Source of the DNA: Thermoplasmata archaeon | GTDB taxonomy: Archaea; Thermoplasmatota; Thermoplasmata; GCA-020350865 | NCBI GenBank assembly: GCA_020348445.1 | Contig: CP070751.1 | Span: 2,551,447 to 2,575,446, forward strand | DNA length: 24,000 nt | Direction of reading: 5' to 3' | Shown here: in pieces, positions 1 through 9,223 of the stretch | How the letters are laid out: every line of letters begins with the position of its first letter | How positions within the stretch are numbered: the first letter of the stretch is position 1 | Program-made: the position numbers and the translations under genes | Notes under the pieces: generated by a model | What the model saw: only the letters and a program-made list of their open reading frames with translations | What the model was told of the DNA's origin: nothing | Database searches by the model: none

Positions 1-285
1 ACCATTGATCCACCTACAGAATTATCGGCAAAATATGTGAAGAAGGGCGGGGGGTCCATCGAGCTCACCTGGATACCTGTGGATGATGCAGAAGGATACA
101 ATGTATATTACTTTCAGAATGAAAAATATACATTCATAGCCAGTTCAACTTCGATAAAATACCTTGATAAGAATGTAATAAAGGGACAGACCTACACGTA
201 TGTAGTGACATCGTACAAGACATGCCCAGACGGCTCAACTGTAGAATCGGACTACAGCAACACAGCATTTGCAACTGCCGGATAA
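1..285 (+). CDS. C-terminal fragment of an FN3-like domain secreted/surface protein (truncated by window start)
   Basis: Frame 1 is open from base 1 to the stop at 285. The translation ...ELTWIPVDDAEGYNVYYFQNEKYTFIASST...GQTYTYVVTSYKTCPDGSTVESDYSNTAFATAG has FN3-like strand spacing. The track start at 37 is GTG and probably not the real start. Confidence 0.6.
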   Translation, partial: TIDPPTELSAKYVKKGGGSIELTWIPVDDAEGYNVYYFQNEKYTFIASSTSIKYLDKNVIKGQTYTYVVTSYKTCPDGSTVESDYSNTAFATAG

Positions 286-352
286 CTATTCCTTTTCCTA
301 ATATTTCTTAAAATGAATACTTTAACCCAGGTGTTTAATAAGTAAAAGAAAA

Positions 353-883
353 TCAATATTTTGAAGGGCAGCCAACCTGAATTTTTGTTGATATAATGGT
401 AAGCCCAAATTCACCTTCCTCGAGCTTCCCCTCCACCACGACCACCTTACCTTCCGCAAATCCTTCGGGCATTGCCTTTTCATGGACAACAAATATTGCG
501 AATGACGCATTTTTATCATCCACAAGTGTGAAGTTCTTACCTCCAGTCCAATTGCCCACCTTTCCCTTCACTGTGACCTCATCACCTAGGTATTTACCTC
601 TATTTTTTACGATATCCCTTACCTCGTCATAATCAGGTGGTGCGGCACCCCATAGAACCACTATCAAGGCAATTGCCACTATGGCCACCACGATAAGAAC
701 CTTGTTTCTTCTGGAAAAGAACCGTTTTCGCTTGGGTTTTGTCTCTTTCTTTGGTTCTTCTTGGGTATCCTCCCCTACTTCCTCATGTGATTCATCCTCA
801 GGCTCTTCCCCAGATTCTTTTTGGGAGTCATGCGCGGTTTCATCCTCGGTAATTTCCCCTTCTTGCTTCGTACTTACATTCAT
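353..883 (-). CDS. ccmE: Cytochrome c maturation heme chaperone CcmE, CxxxY type
   Basis: TM segment after an acidic/basic N-terminus, then an OB-fold (YLGDEVTVKGKVGNWTGGKNFTLVDDKNASFAIFVVHEKAMPEGFAEGKVVVVEGKL). Ends in CPSKY (CxxxY). Last gene of the ccm cluster. Confidence 0.85.
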   Translation of the reverse strand: MNVSTKQEGEITEDETAHDSQKESGEEPEDESHEEVGEDTQEEPKKETKPKRKRFFSRRNKVLIVVAIVAIALIVVLWGAAPPDYDEVRDIVKNRGKYLGDEVTVKGKVGNWTGGKNFTLVDDKNASFAIFVVHEKAMPEGFAEGKVVVVEGKLEEGEFGLTIISTKIQVGCPSKY

Positions 884-1023
884 TCTTTTTTCACCATCTC
901 TTCAAGTAACTTCAGTTCATTTGCTAGTTTTACCTGTTTCATATGAAGATATACAAGATATCCAAAAAGTCCCAACCATATGATCGAATAGCCAATATAC
1001 AAAGCCTCAAGTTCACCCATCAT
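880..1023 (-). CDS. ccmD: CcmD-like small single-TM protein (47 aa)
   Basis: Not in the ORF track. Manual translation: MMGELEALYIGYSIIWLGLFGYLVYLHMKQVKLANELKLLEEMVKKE. The start overlaps the ccmC stop (ATGA, 1020-1023) and the stop overlaps the ccmE start (ATGA, 880-883). One TM plus a charged helical tail, and the expected position between ccmC and ccmE. Confidence 0.75.
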   Translation of the reverse strand: MMGELEALYIGYSIIWLGLFGYLVYLHMKQVKLANELKLLEEMVKKE

Positions 1024-1724
1024 ATCCCTCCAATCTTTTCCTTTAAATCCTCAATTTTTGAGGCCATTTCTTGAATTGCTATGCGTTTTCTCAACATGAA
1101 CATATACAGAAATGAGAAAGCTACAACACCAACTAAAAGACCGATTCCTGTTTCAGAAGACATGGACCCCTCACTTGTTGCCACAACATTTGGATGCATG
1201 CTCTGCCATATCCTTGAAGATATGAACGACAAGGGAACACATGCAAAACCAATGATTCCGAAAACAGCTGCAAGCCTGGCTTTATTCTCGCTTTCCACAC
1301 CCCCTCTCAGTAATAGATATGCCAAGAAAATCAGCCATAAAACGAACGTTATAGTGAGCTTGGTGTCCTCCCACCTCCAGTAAACACCCCACTCTGCTTT
1401 TCCCCATATTGGACCTGTTACAATGGCAAGGGTGCAGAAAACAACACCGATTTCGGCAGAGGCAAATGCTATGGTATCCCATTTTCTTAAGCTGTTTTTA
1501 AGATATAGTACTGACATTATGAAGACCACTCCGAAAGCCAAAAACGATACCCAAGCTGCTGGAACATGAAAGTAGAAGATTTTCTGTGCTTTTGGCGCAC
1601 TCCAGCCATCTTCTTCCCTGACCTCAGGGGTATAGATCAGAGCTGTATATATTGAAAGCAAGACAAAGAATACTGTGAGAATCAGAATAACTGTCTCCAA
1701 CCTTTTATCGAACTTCATCATCAT
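1020..1724 (-). CDS. ccmC: Heme exporter/handling protein CcmC
   Basis: Multi-TM protein with YFHVPAAWVSFLAF, GPIWGKAEWGVYWRWEDTKLT (WGxxWxWD-like) and SSRIWQSMHP. Start overlaps the ccmB stop by ATGA. Confidence 0.9.
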   Translation of the reverse strand: MMMKFDKRLETVILILTVFFVLLSIYTALIYTPEVREEDGWSAPKAQKIFYFHVPAAWVSFLAFGVVFIMSVLYLKNSLRKWDTIAFASAEIGVVFCTLAIVTGPIWGKAEWGVYWRWEDTKLTITFVLWLIFLAYLLLRGGVESENKARLAAVFGIIGFACVPLSFISSRIWQSMHPNVVATSEGSMSSETGIGLLVGVVAFSFLYMFMLRKRIAIQEMASKIEDLKEKIGGI

Positions 1725-2404
1725 TCCTCTAAGACAAAATCGAACAGGAGATATGCGATTGCGATGTATATTACAGCAAACACTCCCAATATCCTCAACT
1801 CGGGTATTGCATCTATAATATCGCCCTCTAAAGCCTTCGATGTGGCGTTTACAGAAGGCATTAACACTGTTAATAGGATAATAGGTATTAATAATATTGG
1901 TATCAACACACCCCTAATATCCTGGGCATTTACCGCAATTCCCGAAATGAGGGTTCCTGAAACGACAAAACAAAAAGTACCCAGAAACACCACCACTAGG
2001 ACTGGGAGTAAATTCCCGTTAAAGTCATATGAAAAGAATAAAACAAAGAAAATCAACGCAAAGATGTCAACAAGAAGTATTAGAAAGTAATTGGACAAAA
2101 CTTTACCGAAGTATATTGCCGACCTGTCCATGGGACACAACATAAGACCCTCCAATGAACCCCGGTCTTTTTCTTTTGAAAACGAGGTGAGAAGGCCGAA
2201 CATTCCCGCGAAGAAAAATGTAACCCATAATATGGGTGAAACAAGAGGTTCCAGGGCCTCTGACGAAAGAGAATAGAAGTAAAATGCAAAATAAAAGGCT
2301 ACCATGACGAATAACGAAAACACAAGCATGGAGAATACCATCTCCTTTGTCCTGAATTCGGTTTTTATGTCCTTAATGGCTATTGCCAGGCCCTGAGACA
2401 TCAT
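1721..2404 (-). CDS. ccmB: Heme exporter membrane subunit CcmB
   Basis: CcmB-like AIKDIKTEFRTKEMVFSMLVFSLFVMVAF...KDRGSLEGLMLCPMDRSAIYFGK. The track start at 2473 would overlap ccmA by 73 nt. The internal ATG at 2404 forms an ATGA overlap with the ccmA stop. Confidence 0.85.
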   Translation of the reverse strand: MMSQGLAIAIKDIKTEFRTKEMVFSMLVFSLFVMVAFYFAFYFYSLSSEALEPLVSPILWVTFFFAGMFGLLTSFSKEKDRGSLEGLMLCPMDRSAIYFGKVLSNYFLILLVDIFALIFFVLFFSYDFNGNLLPVLVVVFLGTFCFVVSGTLISGIAVNAQDIRGVLIPILLIPIILLTVLMPSVNATSKALEGDIIDAIPELRILGVFAVIYIAIAYLLFDFVLEE

Positions 2405-3111
2405 TTTTGAGCCCCCATAAGGCCATGGTACTTCCCCTTGAAAGCCTCTATATCCATATTCTTCTTCTCGCATTCAAAGGCAACCTTTCCATTGACAAGT
2501 ATCGCCAGTCTTTCTCCGATTCTATGGCCAAGTTCAACATTGTGAGTTATCAAGAATATGGTTTTACCCTCCTCATGGAACTTCCTAAGAATGTCTGTCA
2601 ACATCTCCCAAGCCTTATAATCAAGGCCGGTGTAGGGCTCGTCTAATAGGAGAACCGGGGGATTATGAAGAATTACTCTTGCAACAGCAGCCCTTTGTTT
2701 CATACCTCTAGAGAATTGACCCACCCTATCATTCATTCTATGTAATAATCCCACCTCATCAGCCAAGGTTTTTAATGTTTTCTCATCCTTTTTTAATTTG
2801 TACATCCTTGAATAGAAAATCAGATTCTCCTTTAAGGTGAGATCATCATAAAGAAATGGATTGTGGGACAAAACACCTATTGTGCTTCTCACTTCCATTG
2901 ACTCCTCTTTGATGTCAAATCCATTTATGATCACATTTCCGGATGAGGGTCTTGAAAGAGTGGATAGAATCTTGATAAGAGTTGTTTTTCCAGCACCATT
3001 TGGTCCAAACATAACAAGGAACTCACCAGATTCGGCTTCCAAGTTCAAGTCGCATAAAACCTTCTTTCTTCCAAATCTCTTTTGGAGGTTTTTGATTTCT
3101 ATTGCGGGCAT
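2401..3111 (-). CDS. ccmA: Heme exporter ABC ATPase CcmA
   Basis: Walker A GPNGAGKTT, signature FSRGMKQRAAVARVI, Walker B VLLLDEP, and H-loop region FLITHNVELG. Heads the ccm cluster. Confidence 0.85.
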   Translation of the reverse strand: MPAIEIKNLQKRFGRKKVLCDLNLEAESGEFLVMFGPNGAGKTTLIKILSTLSRPSSGNVIINGFDIKEESMEVRSTIGVLSHNPFLYDDLTLKENLIFYSRMYKLKKDEKTLKTLADEVGLLHRMNDRVGQFSRGMKQRAAVARVILHNPPVLLLDEPYTGLDYKAWEMLTDILRKFHEEGKTIFLITHNVELGHRIGERLAILVNGKVAFECEKKNMDIEAFKGKYHGLMGAQK

Positions 3112-3317
3112 TACCGCGTAATCTACGGATTGCCTTAAAATGTTTTGGATTTTTAAAATGGCTTATATTTTCCGGCTCTTCTTGTTTATAATAATTTTTG
3201 GGCGGGAGGTGGGGATTTTGGCGGTGGGGGTTTTGTGGTGGTCAATATAATTACATAAATGAAGAGATAAAGATTATAAACCATAATTGTATCATTACTC
3301 CCGAGGATTGAATTTCC

Positions 3318-5453
3318 ATGTCCGAGAACCTAGATGCCATATTCAAACCACGCTCAATAGCGGTTGTAGGCACATCAAGAAAAGAAGGTACCATTGGAAG
3401 GGAGGTACTCCATAACCTAGTGGCCTACGGCTTCAACGGGCCCGTATACCCAGTGAACCCTAAAGCTGAGTATGTCAACAGCATAAAGTGTTACCCCAAT
3501 GTATCCACGATCCCCGACGGAGTGGATTTGACCATCATAGTTATTCCAAAGGAAAATGTCCTCTCCGTTGTTTCCGAATGTGGAGAAAAGGGAGTAAAAG
3601 GCATCGTGGTAATTTCAGCGGGATTCAAGGAGATAGGGGAAAAAGGAATTCAGCTTGAAAAAGAACTTGTAGGTTTGATTAAAAAATATGATATGAGGCT
3701 AGTTGGCCCGAACTGTATGGGCGTAATTAACACAGCCAAGGATATCAGGATGGATGCCACATTTGGATCCACATTACCTCTCGACGGGCATGTGGGTTTC
3801 ATGTCCCAAAGCGGTGCCCTGGGCAACATTATCCTGGAATACGCAGACGAGCTTAAAATCGGATTCTCGAAATTCATCAGCATGGGAAACAAGGCTGATG
3901 TCTCAGGCAATGACATGTTGATGGACCTGGAGAATGATGAAAACACGAACATAATTCTCATGTATTTGGAGAGTTTCGGCAACCCAAGGAAATTCGTTAA
4001 GATTGCAAGGAGGCTGACCAAGAAAAAGCCCGTTATCGCGGTCAAGGCAGGCAGAACCAGGGCAGGGGCAAAAGCCGCCTCTTCCCATACCGGGGCCCTT
4101 GCTGGCTTGGATGTGGCTGTTGATGCACTTTTTGAGCAATGCGGGGTTCTGAGAGCCACCTCAATTGAAGAGCTGTTTGATTATGCGCTGGCCTTTTCCA
4201 ATCAGCCATTACCTGAGGGAAAAAGGGTGGCAATAGTTTCAAATGCAGGTGGGCCAGGTATAATCGCCACTGATGCATGCGTCAGTCTTGGCCTTGATAT
4301 GAGCACATTCGAGGATGAGACATACCAAAAATTGAAAAATGCGCTGCCCGAGGAAGCCAGCACCCAAAATCCTGTTGATATCCTTGGAGATGGAGGGCCA
4401 GAGCGTTACGAGAAGGCCTTGGATGCCGTATTAAAGGATAAGAACGTTGATGCAGTAATTACCATATTTGTACCGCCTTTAATGAGCAGAGCATTGGATG
4501 TCGCATTAGCCATATCAAATGTGAGTGCAAAATATCATAAACCAGTCCTTGGCTGCTTCATGGGTCGAGAGGAGGTGCTCACAAGCATCCAGGAACTTGA
4601 AAAGAACAACATCCCTGCCTACCTTTTCCCCGAATCTGCGGCAAAATCAATAGCAGGCATGTATAAATTCAACGAATACAGACGCAGAAGGGAGGGGGAT
4701 ATTAGGCAGTTTGATGTAGATAAGGAAATGGTCCAAAATATCATCTCGAAGGCAAAAGACGCGGGGAGAACATATCTTTCTCAAAACGAGGTGAAGGAGA
4801 TTTTAATTGCCTATGGATTCAGCTTCCCGCAATCGCAATTGGCGAAAGGTGAGGATGAAGCGGCAAACATCGCAAAGCGTATTGGATTCCCAGTGGCTTT
4901 AAAGATCGCCTCCGATGAAATCATACATAAATCAGATGCCAAAGGCGTGGCTTTAGATCTTAAAGACGAGAAAGAGGTAAGAGAGGGTTATAAGCAAATC
5001 CTCAAGGAGGTGGGACAAACTACTTCTGCAACAAAGATAGATGGCATCGTGGTTCAAGCCATGGTAAAAGGCGGTAAAGAAACGATATTGGGTATGAGTC
5101 TCGATCCCAATTTTGGACCATTGATCATGTTCGGTTTAGGCGGCATATATGTGGAAGTTCTCAAGGATGTGACCTTCAGGATAGCTCCGATTACGGATTT
5201 GGATGCCCAGGAGATGATCAAGAGCATAAAGAGCTATCCTTTGCTCTCAGGAATCAGGGGCGAGGAGCCAGCAGATATCGATTCCATAGAGGAGTATATT
5301 CAAAGACTTTCCAGATTGGTGGAGGATTTCCCAGAGATAGAAGAACTGGATGTCAATCCCCTTGTCGTATTCGAGAAAGGAAGATGCTGTAATGTCGTTG
5401 ACGCCAGGATAAAGATTGGTCCTTCATATGAGCTAAAAAGGTACAAGTTGTGA
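3318..5453 (+). CDS. Acetate/acyl-CoA synthetase, ADP-forming, fused alpha-beta subunits
   Basis: N-terminal CoA-binding domain (IAVVGTSRKEGTIGREVLHNL), GPNCMGVIN, MSQSGALG, SHTGALAG, and a C-terminal ATP-grasp domain (PVALKIASDEIIHKSDAKGVALDL, PLIMFGLGGIYVEVLKDV). Confidence 0.92.
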   Translation: MSENLDAIFKPRSIAVVGTSRKEGTIGREVLHNLVAYGFNGPVYPVNPKAEYVNSIKCYPNVSTIPDGVDLTIIVIPKENVLSVVSECGEKGVKGIVVISAGFKEIGEKGIQLEKELVGLIKKYDMRLVGPNCMGVINTAKDIRMDATFGSTLPLDGHVGFMSQSGALGNIILEYADELKIGFSKFISMGNKADVSGNDMLMDLENDENTNIILMYLESFGNPRKFVKIARRLTKKKPVIAVKAGRTRAGAKAASSHTGALAGLDVAVDALFEQCGVLRATSIEELFDYALAFSNQPLPEGKRVAIVSNAGGPGIIATDACVSLGLDMSTFEDETYQKLKNALPEEASTQNPVDILGDGGPERYEKALDAVLKDKNVDAVITIFVPPLMSRALDVALAISNVSAKYHKPVLGCFMGREEVLTSIQELEKNNIPAYLFPESAAKSIAGMYKFNEYRRRREGDIRQFDVDKEMVQNIISKAKDAGRTYLSQNEVKEILIAYGFSFPQSQLAKGEDEAANIAKRIGFPVALKIASDEIIHKSDAKGVALDLKDEKEVREGYKQILKEVGQTTSATKIDGIVVQAMVKGGKETILGMSLDPNFGPLIMFGLGGIYVEVLKDVTFRIAPITDLDAQEMIKSIKSYPLLSGIRGEEPADIDSIEEYIQRLSRLVEDFPEIEELDVNPLVVFEKGRCCNVVDARIKIGPSYELKRYKL

Positions 5454-5545
5454 AGAACTGACCTGGGAACTGGAGATTTGTAGATAATATAGTTTTTTTT
5501 ACTAAACTCGAGAATTATTTAATTATTTCGCAATTAACACCGTAT

Positions 5546-6502
5546 ATGTTATATACCAATTCAATTAATAACCTCCGAGATCATGTGCCTGGTGATAGTT
5601 TGAGAAAGCCAACGATTTTATTTTATGTCATTGTGGTGAGTATCTTTCTGATGCCCTATTCCACCCAAACTGCATTTTCTGATGCAGAATTACCCCAGTG
5701 GAAGGTGGGATACAGGTGGGATTATAAAGGTCAGGAGCAGAACACCACAGTCAATCTCACTGTCAAGGTTATTGAAATAACTACTATAGAAATGAATGGA
5801 ATGGCTTATGATGTATATGTTGTAAACATAACATCCATTGCGATGATAAATCAAGTTCAAGATCAATTTCAAGTCATTGATCAAAAAAATAAATACATTC
5901 AAACGAGCAATTTAGCCACTGTAAAAGAGGAGATTTCCCATATTGCTCCTAATAGAAATATTAATGGGAATAACACTTACACACCTTTAAAGAAGGAATA
6001 CGATTTCCCTATTCTGGTTGGCAAGAAATGGACCTCTTCCTACACCAAGAATGTAAGTTTAGAAGGGCTGGGAACCTACCTCATCTCAGAAAGTATTAAT
6101 TATTCTGTTATAGCTGAAGAATCAGTTACAGTTGCCGCAGGTACATTTGATTGCTATAAAATCGAAATAGACGTTGGCACAGGTGTAATAGACCAATTCT
6201 GGTATTCTGAGAAAGTAAAAAACATAATCAAGACAACTCGCTTCTCAGAAGATATATTTTATGAAATGAACCTTACCGCCTATTCATTTAAGGAAGAAGA
6301 GGATGGTGATTCCGATGATATCACCACAGAGGACCTTTTGCCTTATATATTAATTCTGATCATCGTGATTTTGATAATTGTAGTTATCGTGGCAAGAAAA
6401 AGGAAAAAGAGCAAGAAGAAAAAGAAAAAAAAGAAGAAGAAAAAGACCATACCTGATGAGGACAAGAAGGTAGAGGAGAAAGAGGAAGAAAAATCTGAAT
6501 GA
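5546..6502 (+). CDS. Membrane-anchored exported protein of unknown function, Lys/Glu-rich cytoplasmic tail
   Basis: Hydrophobic N-terminus (ILFYVIVVSIFLMP), N-glycosylation-like NxT/S-rich ectodomain, C-terminal TM (LLPYILILIIVILIIVVIVA) and a poly-Lys tail. The exact start is uncertain. Confidence 0.65.
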   Translation: MLYTNSINNLRDHVPGDSLRKPTILFYVIVVSIFLMPYSTQTAFSDAELPQWKVGYRWDYKGQEQNTTVNLTVKVIEITTIEMNGMAYDVYVVNITSIAMINQVQDQFQVIDQKNKYIQTSNLATVKEEISHIAPNRNINGNNTYTPLKKEYDFPILVGKKWTSSYTKNVSLEGLGTYLISESINYSVIAEESVTVAAGTFDCYKIEIDVGTGVIDQFWYSEKVKNIIKTTRFSEDIFYEMNLTAYSFKEEEDGDSDDITTEDLLPYILILIIVILIIVVIVARKRKKSKKKKKKKKKKKTIPDEDKKVEEKEEEKSE

Positions 6503-6546
6503 ACCTGAATCTTGCCTACGCCCACTGATTATCTTAGTTTATTGAT

Positions 6547-7872
6547 CTATTCCCCTCTCAATTCCTTCATATGCTCGATTCTTTTCTCTATTAACTCCTT
6601 CTTGCCAATGTCGTGCCTCATGAAGACGTTGCCTTTTACATGGGAAAGCGCATTTTCGGCGATTTTCTCTGCATCGAATATACTGTCATCGATGCCCACT
6701 ACAGCCAATGACCGTGAAGAGGTCGTATAGATCTGGTCATCCCTCTGATTCACAGATGCAAAGAAAAGCTCTGCACCGCTATTTTCGATTTCGGCCTCGT
6801 CTACTACCACTTTCTCTCCCACAAGTGATTCTACACCGTAACCCTTTGGAACGATGTACTTGCAGACACTGGCCTTGTTTGCGAACATAGCCTTTTTAGA
6901 CGCCAAATTACCATCGATAATTCCGCTGCAGATTTCTGCAAAGTCCGAGGTCAAAAGCGGAAGGACATTCATGGCCTCTGGGTCCCCGAACCGTGCATTG
7001 CACTCCAGCACCTTTAGTCCTTTGGTTGTGAGGATGAACTGGCCATAGAGGATGCCCTTGTATGGCGTTCCTTCTTCCTTCATGGCATCTATTATGCTCT
7101 GCATTATATCCACGCAATTATCGTATTCCTCTTTTGTCAGAAAGGGTAACAGACCATCTTCCTGAGAATAGGAACCCATACCACCAGTATTGGGCCCGAT
7201 GTCGCCTTCATATGCCCGCTTATGATCTTGCACTGCTGGCATTGGTAACAGGTGGCTTCCATCGCAAAATGCCTGGAGCGTGAGTTCCTCTCCAACCATC
7301 TTCTCCTCGATTACAAAGCTCGATGAGCCCCCAATTTTATTTTCATTGATTTCCCTGCAGTAATCCAAAACACCCTCCATGTTCAACAAATGCTCGCCCA
7401 TGATCTTCACGCCTTTGCCACCAGTAAGACCTATGGGTTTTACCACAACCTCTTTGTTGTAGTCCTTTAAAAATGTCTCTGCCTCTGATACATTATCGAA
7501 AACCCGATAGTCAACCATCCCAGGGAGGTTGTGCTTTGCCATCAAATCCCGCATGTACTGCTTTGATATCTCTATCTGAGATGCGCTCTTGCTCGGACCT
7601 ACACTTGGAATGCCCGATTTCTCAAGTTCATCCACGATTCCCACACCCAAAGGTGCCTCGGGTCCGATAAACGCAAAATCAACCCCCTTGGACTTTGCCC
7701 ATTCTGTAACTTTCTCAACTTCTGTCTCTTTTTCGTACAACGTGTCCTTACTCAGCTTGGCAATACCAGGATTACGGTTCTTCATAACCGAATATATCTC
7801 GGTATTGGATTTTACTAAGGCTTTTACTATCGCATGTTCTCTTGCTCCGCCTCCAACACTTAGAACTTTCAT
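6547..7872 (-). CDS. purD: Phosphoribosylamine--glycine ligase
   Basis: MKVLSVGGGAREHAIVKAL, FIGPEAPLGVGIVDEL, VVKPIGLTGGKGVKIM, GPNTGGMGSY and LECNARFGDPEAMNVLPLL are classic PurD motifs. Confidence 0.96.
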   Translation of the reverse strand: MKVLSVGGGAREHAIVKALVKSNTEIYSVMKNRNPGIAKLSKDTLYEKETEVEKVTEWAKSKGVDFAFIGPEAPLGVGIVDELEKSGIPSVGPSKSASQIEISKQYMRDLMAKHNLPGMVDYRVFDNVSEAETFLKDYNKEVVVKPIGLTGGKGVKIMGEHLLNMEGVLDYCREINENKIGGSSSFVIEEKMVGEELTLQAFCDGSHLLPMPAVQDHKRAYEGDIGPNTGGMGSYSQEDGLLPFLTKEEYDNCVDIMQSIIDAMKEEGTPYKGILYGQFILTTKGLKVLECNARFGDPEAMNVLPLLTSDFAEICSGIIDGNLASKKAMFANKASVCKYIVPKGYGVESLVGEKVVVDEAEIENSGAELFFASVNQRDDQIYTTSSRSLAVVGIDDSIFDAEKIAENALSHVKGNVFMRHDIGKKELIEKRIEHMKELRGE

Positions 7873-8026
7873 ACCTTGCCCTCCTTATATGGGGGTAATA
7901 GACTTAGATATGGTTATACCTTTTGGTGGTCCTTGGATTTATGTAATCCAGTGTGATAAAGAAGGGAACAATTTTATATCTTGACAATAATGTAGGAAAT
8001 AGTGAAGATGATATTGAGGGAGAATC

Positions 8027-9028
8027 ATGGAAAATAAAACACAGATGGGATTGTTATTGATTATAATAGGCATGTTGCTCGCCATCTTTTCAACTCTGGG
8101 AAGCATCGCAGCATCCAGTTTGGGAGGTTCAGGCCTTTCACCGGGGGCGCTAATACCAGGAATCCTGGGTTTCTTTGCTTTCATTCTCATGCTGGCAGGA
8201 TGGATCCTCATGATCACTGGTAGGAGGGAGTTCGGTGATAAACACTCCCAATTTGTTGTTTACTCAATAATTGCCCTTATAATTGGTTTTTTTATAGTGA
8301 TAGTTGGATCGATGATATCTGCATTTGCTGGAATCTCAAGCGGTGTGGAGAACGGAGAGGCAGAAGTCACATTTGATTACATTGCCATGGCCAAAGCCAT
8401 GAAGACAGGGATGATCATTTCATTTGTAGGTAGTTTATTGATTACCATTGGGTCAATTTTACTTGTATACAATCTCGAGAATGACATTGGTAAGAAAGTC
8501 CTCTATATCGCTTTCATCGTTTCAATTGTAGTCTCGATAGCGGTGATTATTTATACCCTACCATTATTAGATGACCTAGCCGAAAAACTGGAAGGTACGC
8601 CAGAAGATGATCGAGAGGACGAATTCTACGAAGGTATTGGTGACATCAGTTTGATAGAGGGCCTAGGTGTTATAGGCTCAGTAATTCTTTTAATTGGATA
8701 TTTCATCCCTTATAATCGTATAAAGAAAGGGGAGTTAGAACCTGTCCCACCGCCCACCGACACCCAAGGAATGCCTCCATATCCATCGTACCCATACCAA
8801 CCATATCCGCCTTATCAACCATCCCCAGGACAGCCCCCTGGTGCCCCCGTGGAAGGTGAGCCAAAACCCGATGGAGAGGTTACACAGCCTGAGCCCACCC
8901 CTGATGGTGCAGTACAACCAAAAGCCGTTACGCCGGAGCCGATAGAGACAAAGTATTGCAGATTTTGTGGAACTCAGATTCCAATGGAAAGCACTGTATG
9001 TCCTGTTTGTAATAAAACTCTGACATAA
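8027..9028 (+). CDS. Four-TM membrane protein with Pro-rich linker and C-terminal zinc ribbon
   Basis: Hydrophobic segments at the N-terminus, then a PYPSYPYQPYPPYQPSPGQPPG linker and YCRFCGTQIPMESTVCPVCNKTL (two CxxC knuckles). Confidence 0.7.
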   Translation: MENKTQMGLLLIIIGMLLAIFSTLGSIAASSLGGSGLSPGALIPGILGFFAFILMLAGWILMITGRREFGDKHSQFVVYSIIALIIGFFIVIVGSMISAFAGISSGVENGEAEVTFDYIAMAKAMKTGMIISFVGSLLITIGSILLVYNLENDIGKKVLYIAFIVSIVVSIAVIIYTLPLLDDLAEKLEGTPEDDREDEFYEGIGDISLIEGLGVIGSVILLIGYFIPYNRIKKGELEPVPPPTDTQGMPPYPSYPYQPYPPYQPSPGQPPGAPVEGEPKPDGEVTQPEPTPDGAVQPKAVTPEPIETKYCRFCGTQIPMESTVCPVCNKTLT

Positions 9029-9062
9029 AGCATTACCGAATGCAAACATAAAATAACATAGG

Positions 9063-9195
9063 GCGGGGGAAGGGTGTGTCCGAGATTAAGATTAAAGTTG
9101 AATAATAACATAACTCGGACACACAGCCATTTTGTGGTGTCTGAGCTTAAGACAAAATTGATGTATTAGTATAACTTGAACACAAGTCCCCCGCA
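9063..9195 (-). ncRNA. Putative structured RNA element 3' of tRNA-Leu (strand inferred from tRNA orientation)
   Basis: On the minus strand TGCGGGGG (9195-9188) can close with CCCCCGC (9069-9063). Inside are a TTTTGT/ACAAAA pairing (9130-9135/9152-9157) and a perfect 11-bp inverted repeat GTGTGTCCGAG/CTCGGACACAC (9074-9084/9114-9124). Confidence 0.35.
9074..9124. repeat. Perfect 11-bp inverted repeat
   Basis: gtgtgtccgag (9074-9084) and ctcggacacac (9114-9124). A diverged copy, gtgtctgagcttaag, starts at 9137. Confidence 0.8.
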
Positions 9196-9223
9196 TCGCA
9201 TTCAATTTAAAAATAATTTAAGG

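Noticed and set aside
8735-9049. Antisense ORFs 8735..9049, 8027-region overlaps and many 60-130 aa ORFs inside purD, acyl-CoA synthetase and pheT
   Set aside because: They mirror confidently assigned genes on the other strand and encode Trp/Ser/Leu-rich sequences typical of shadow ORFs.
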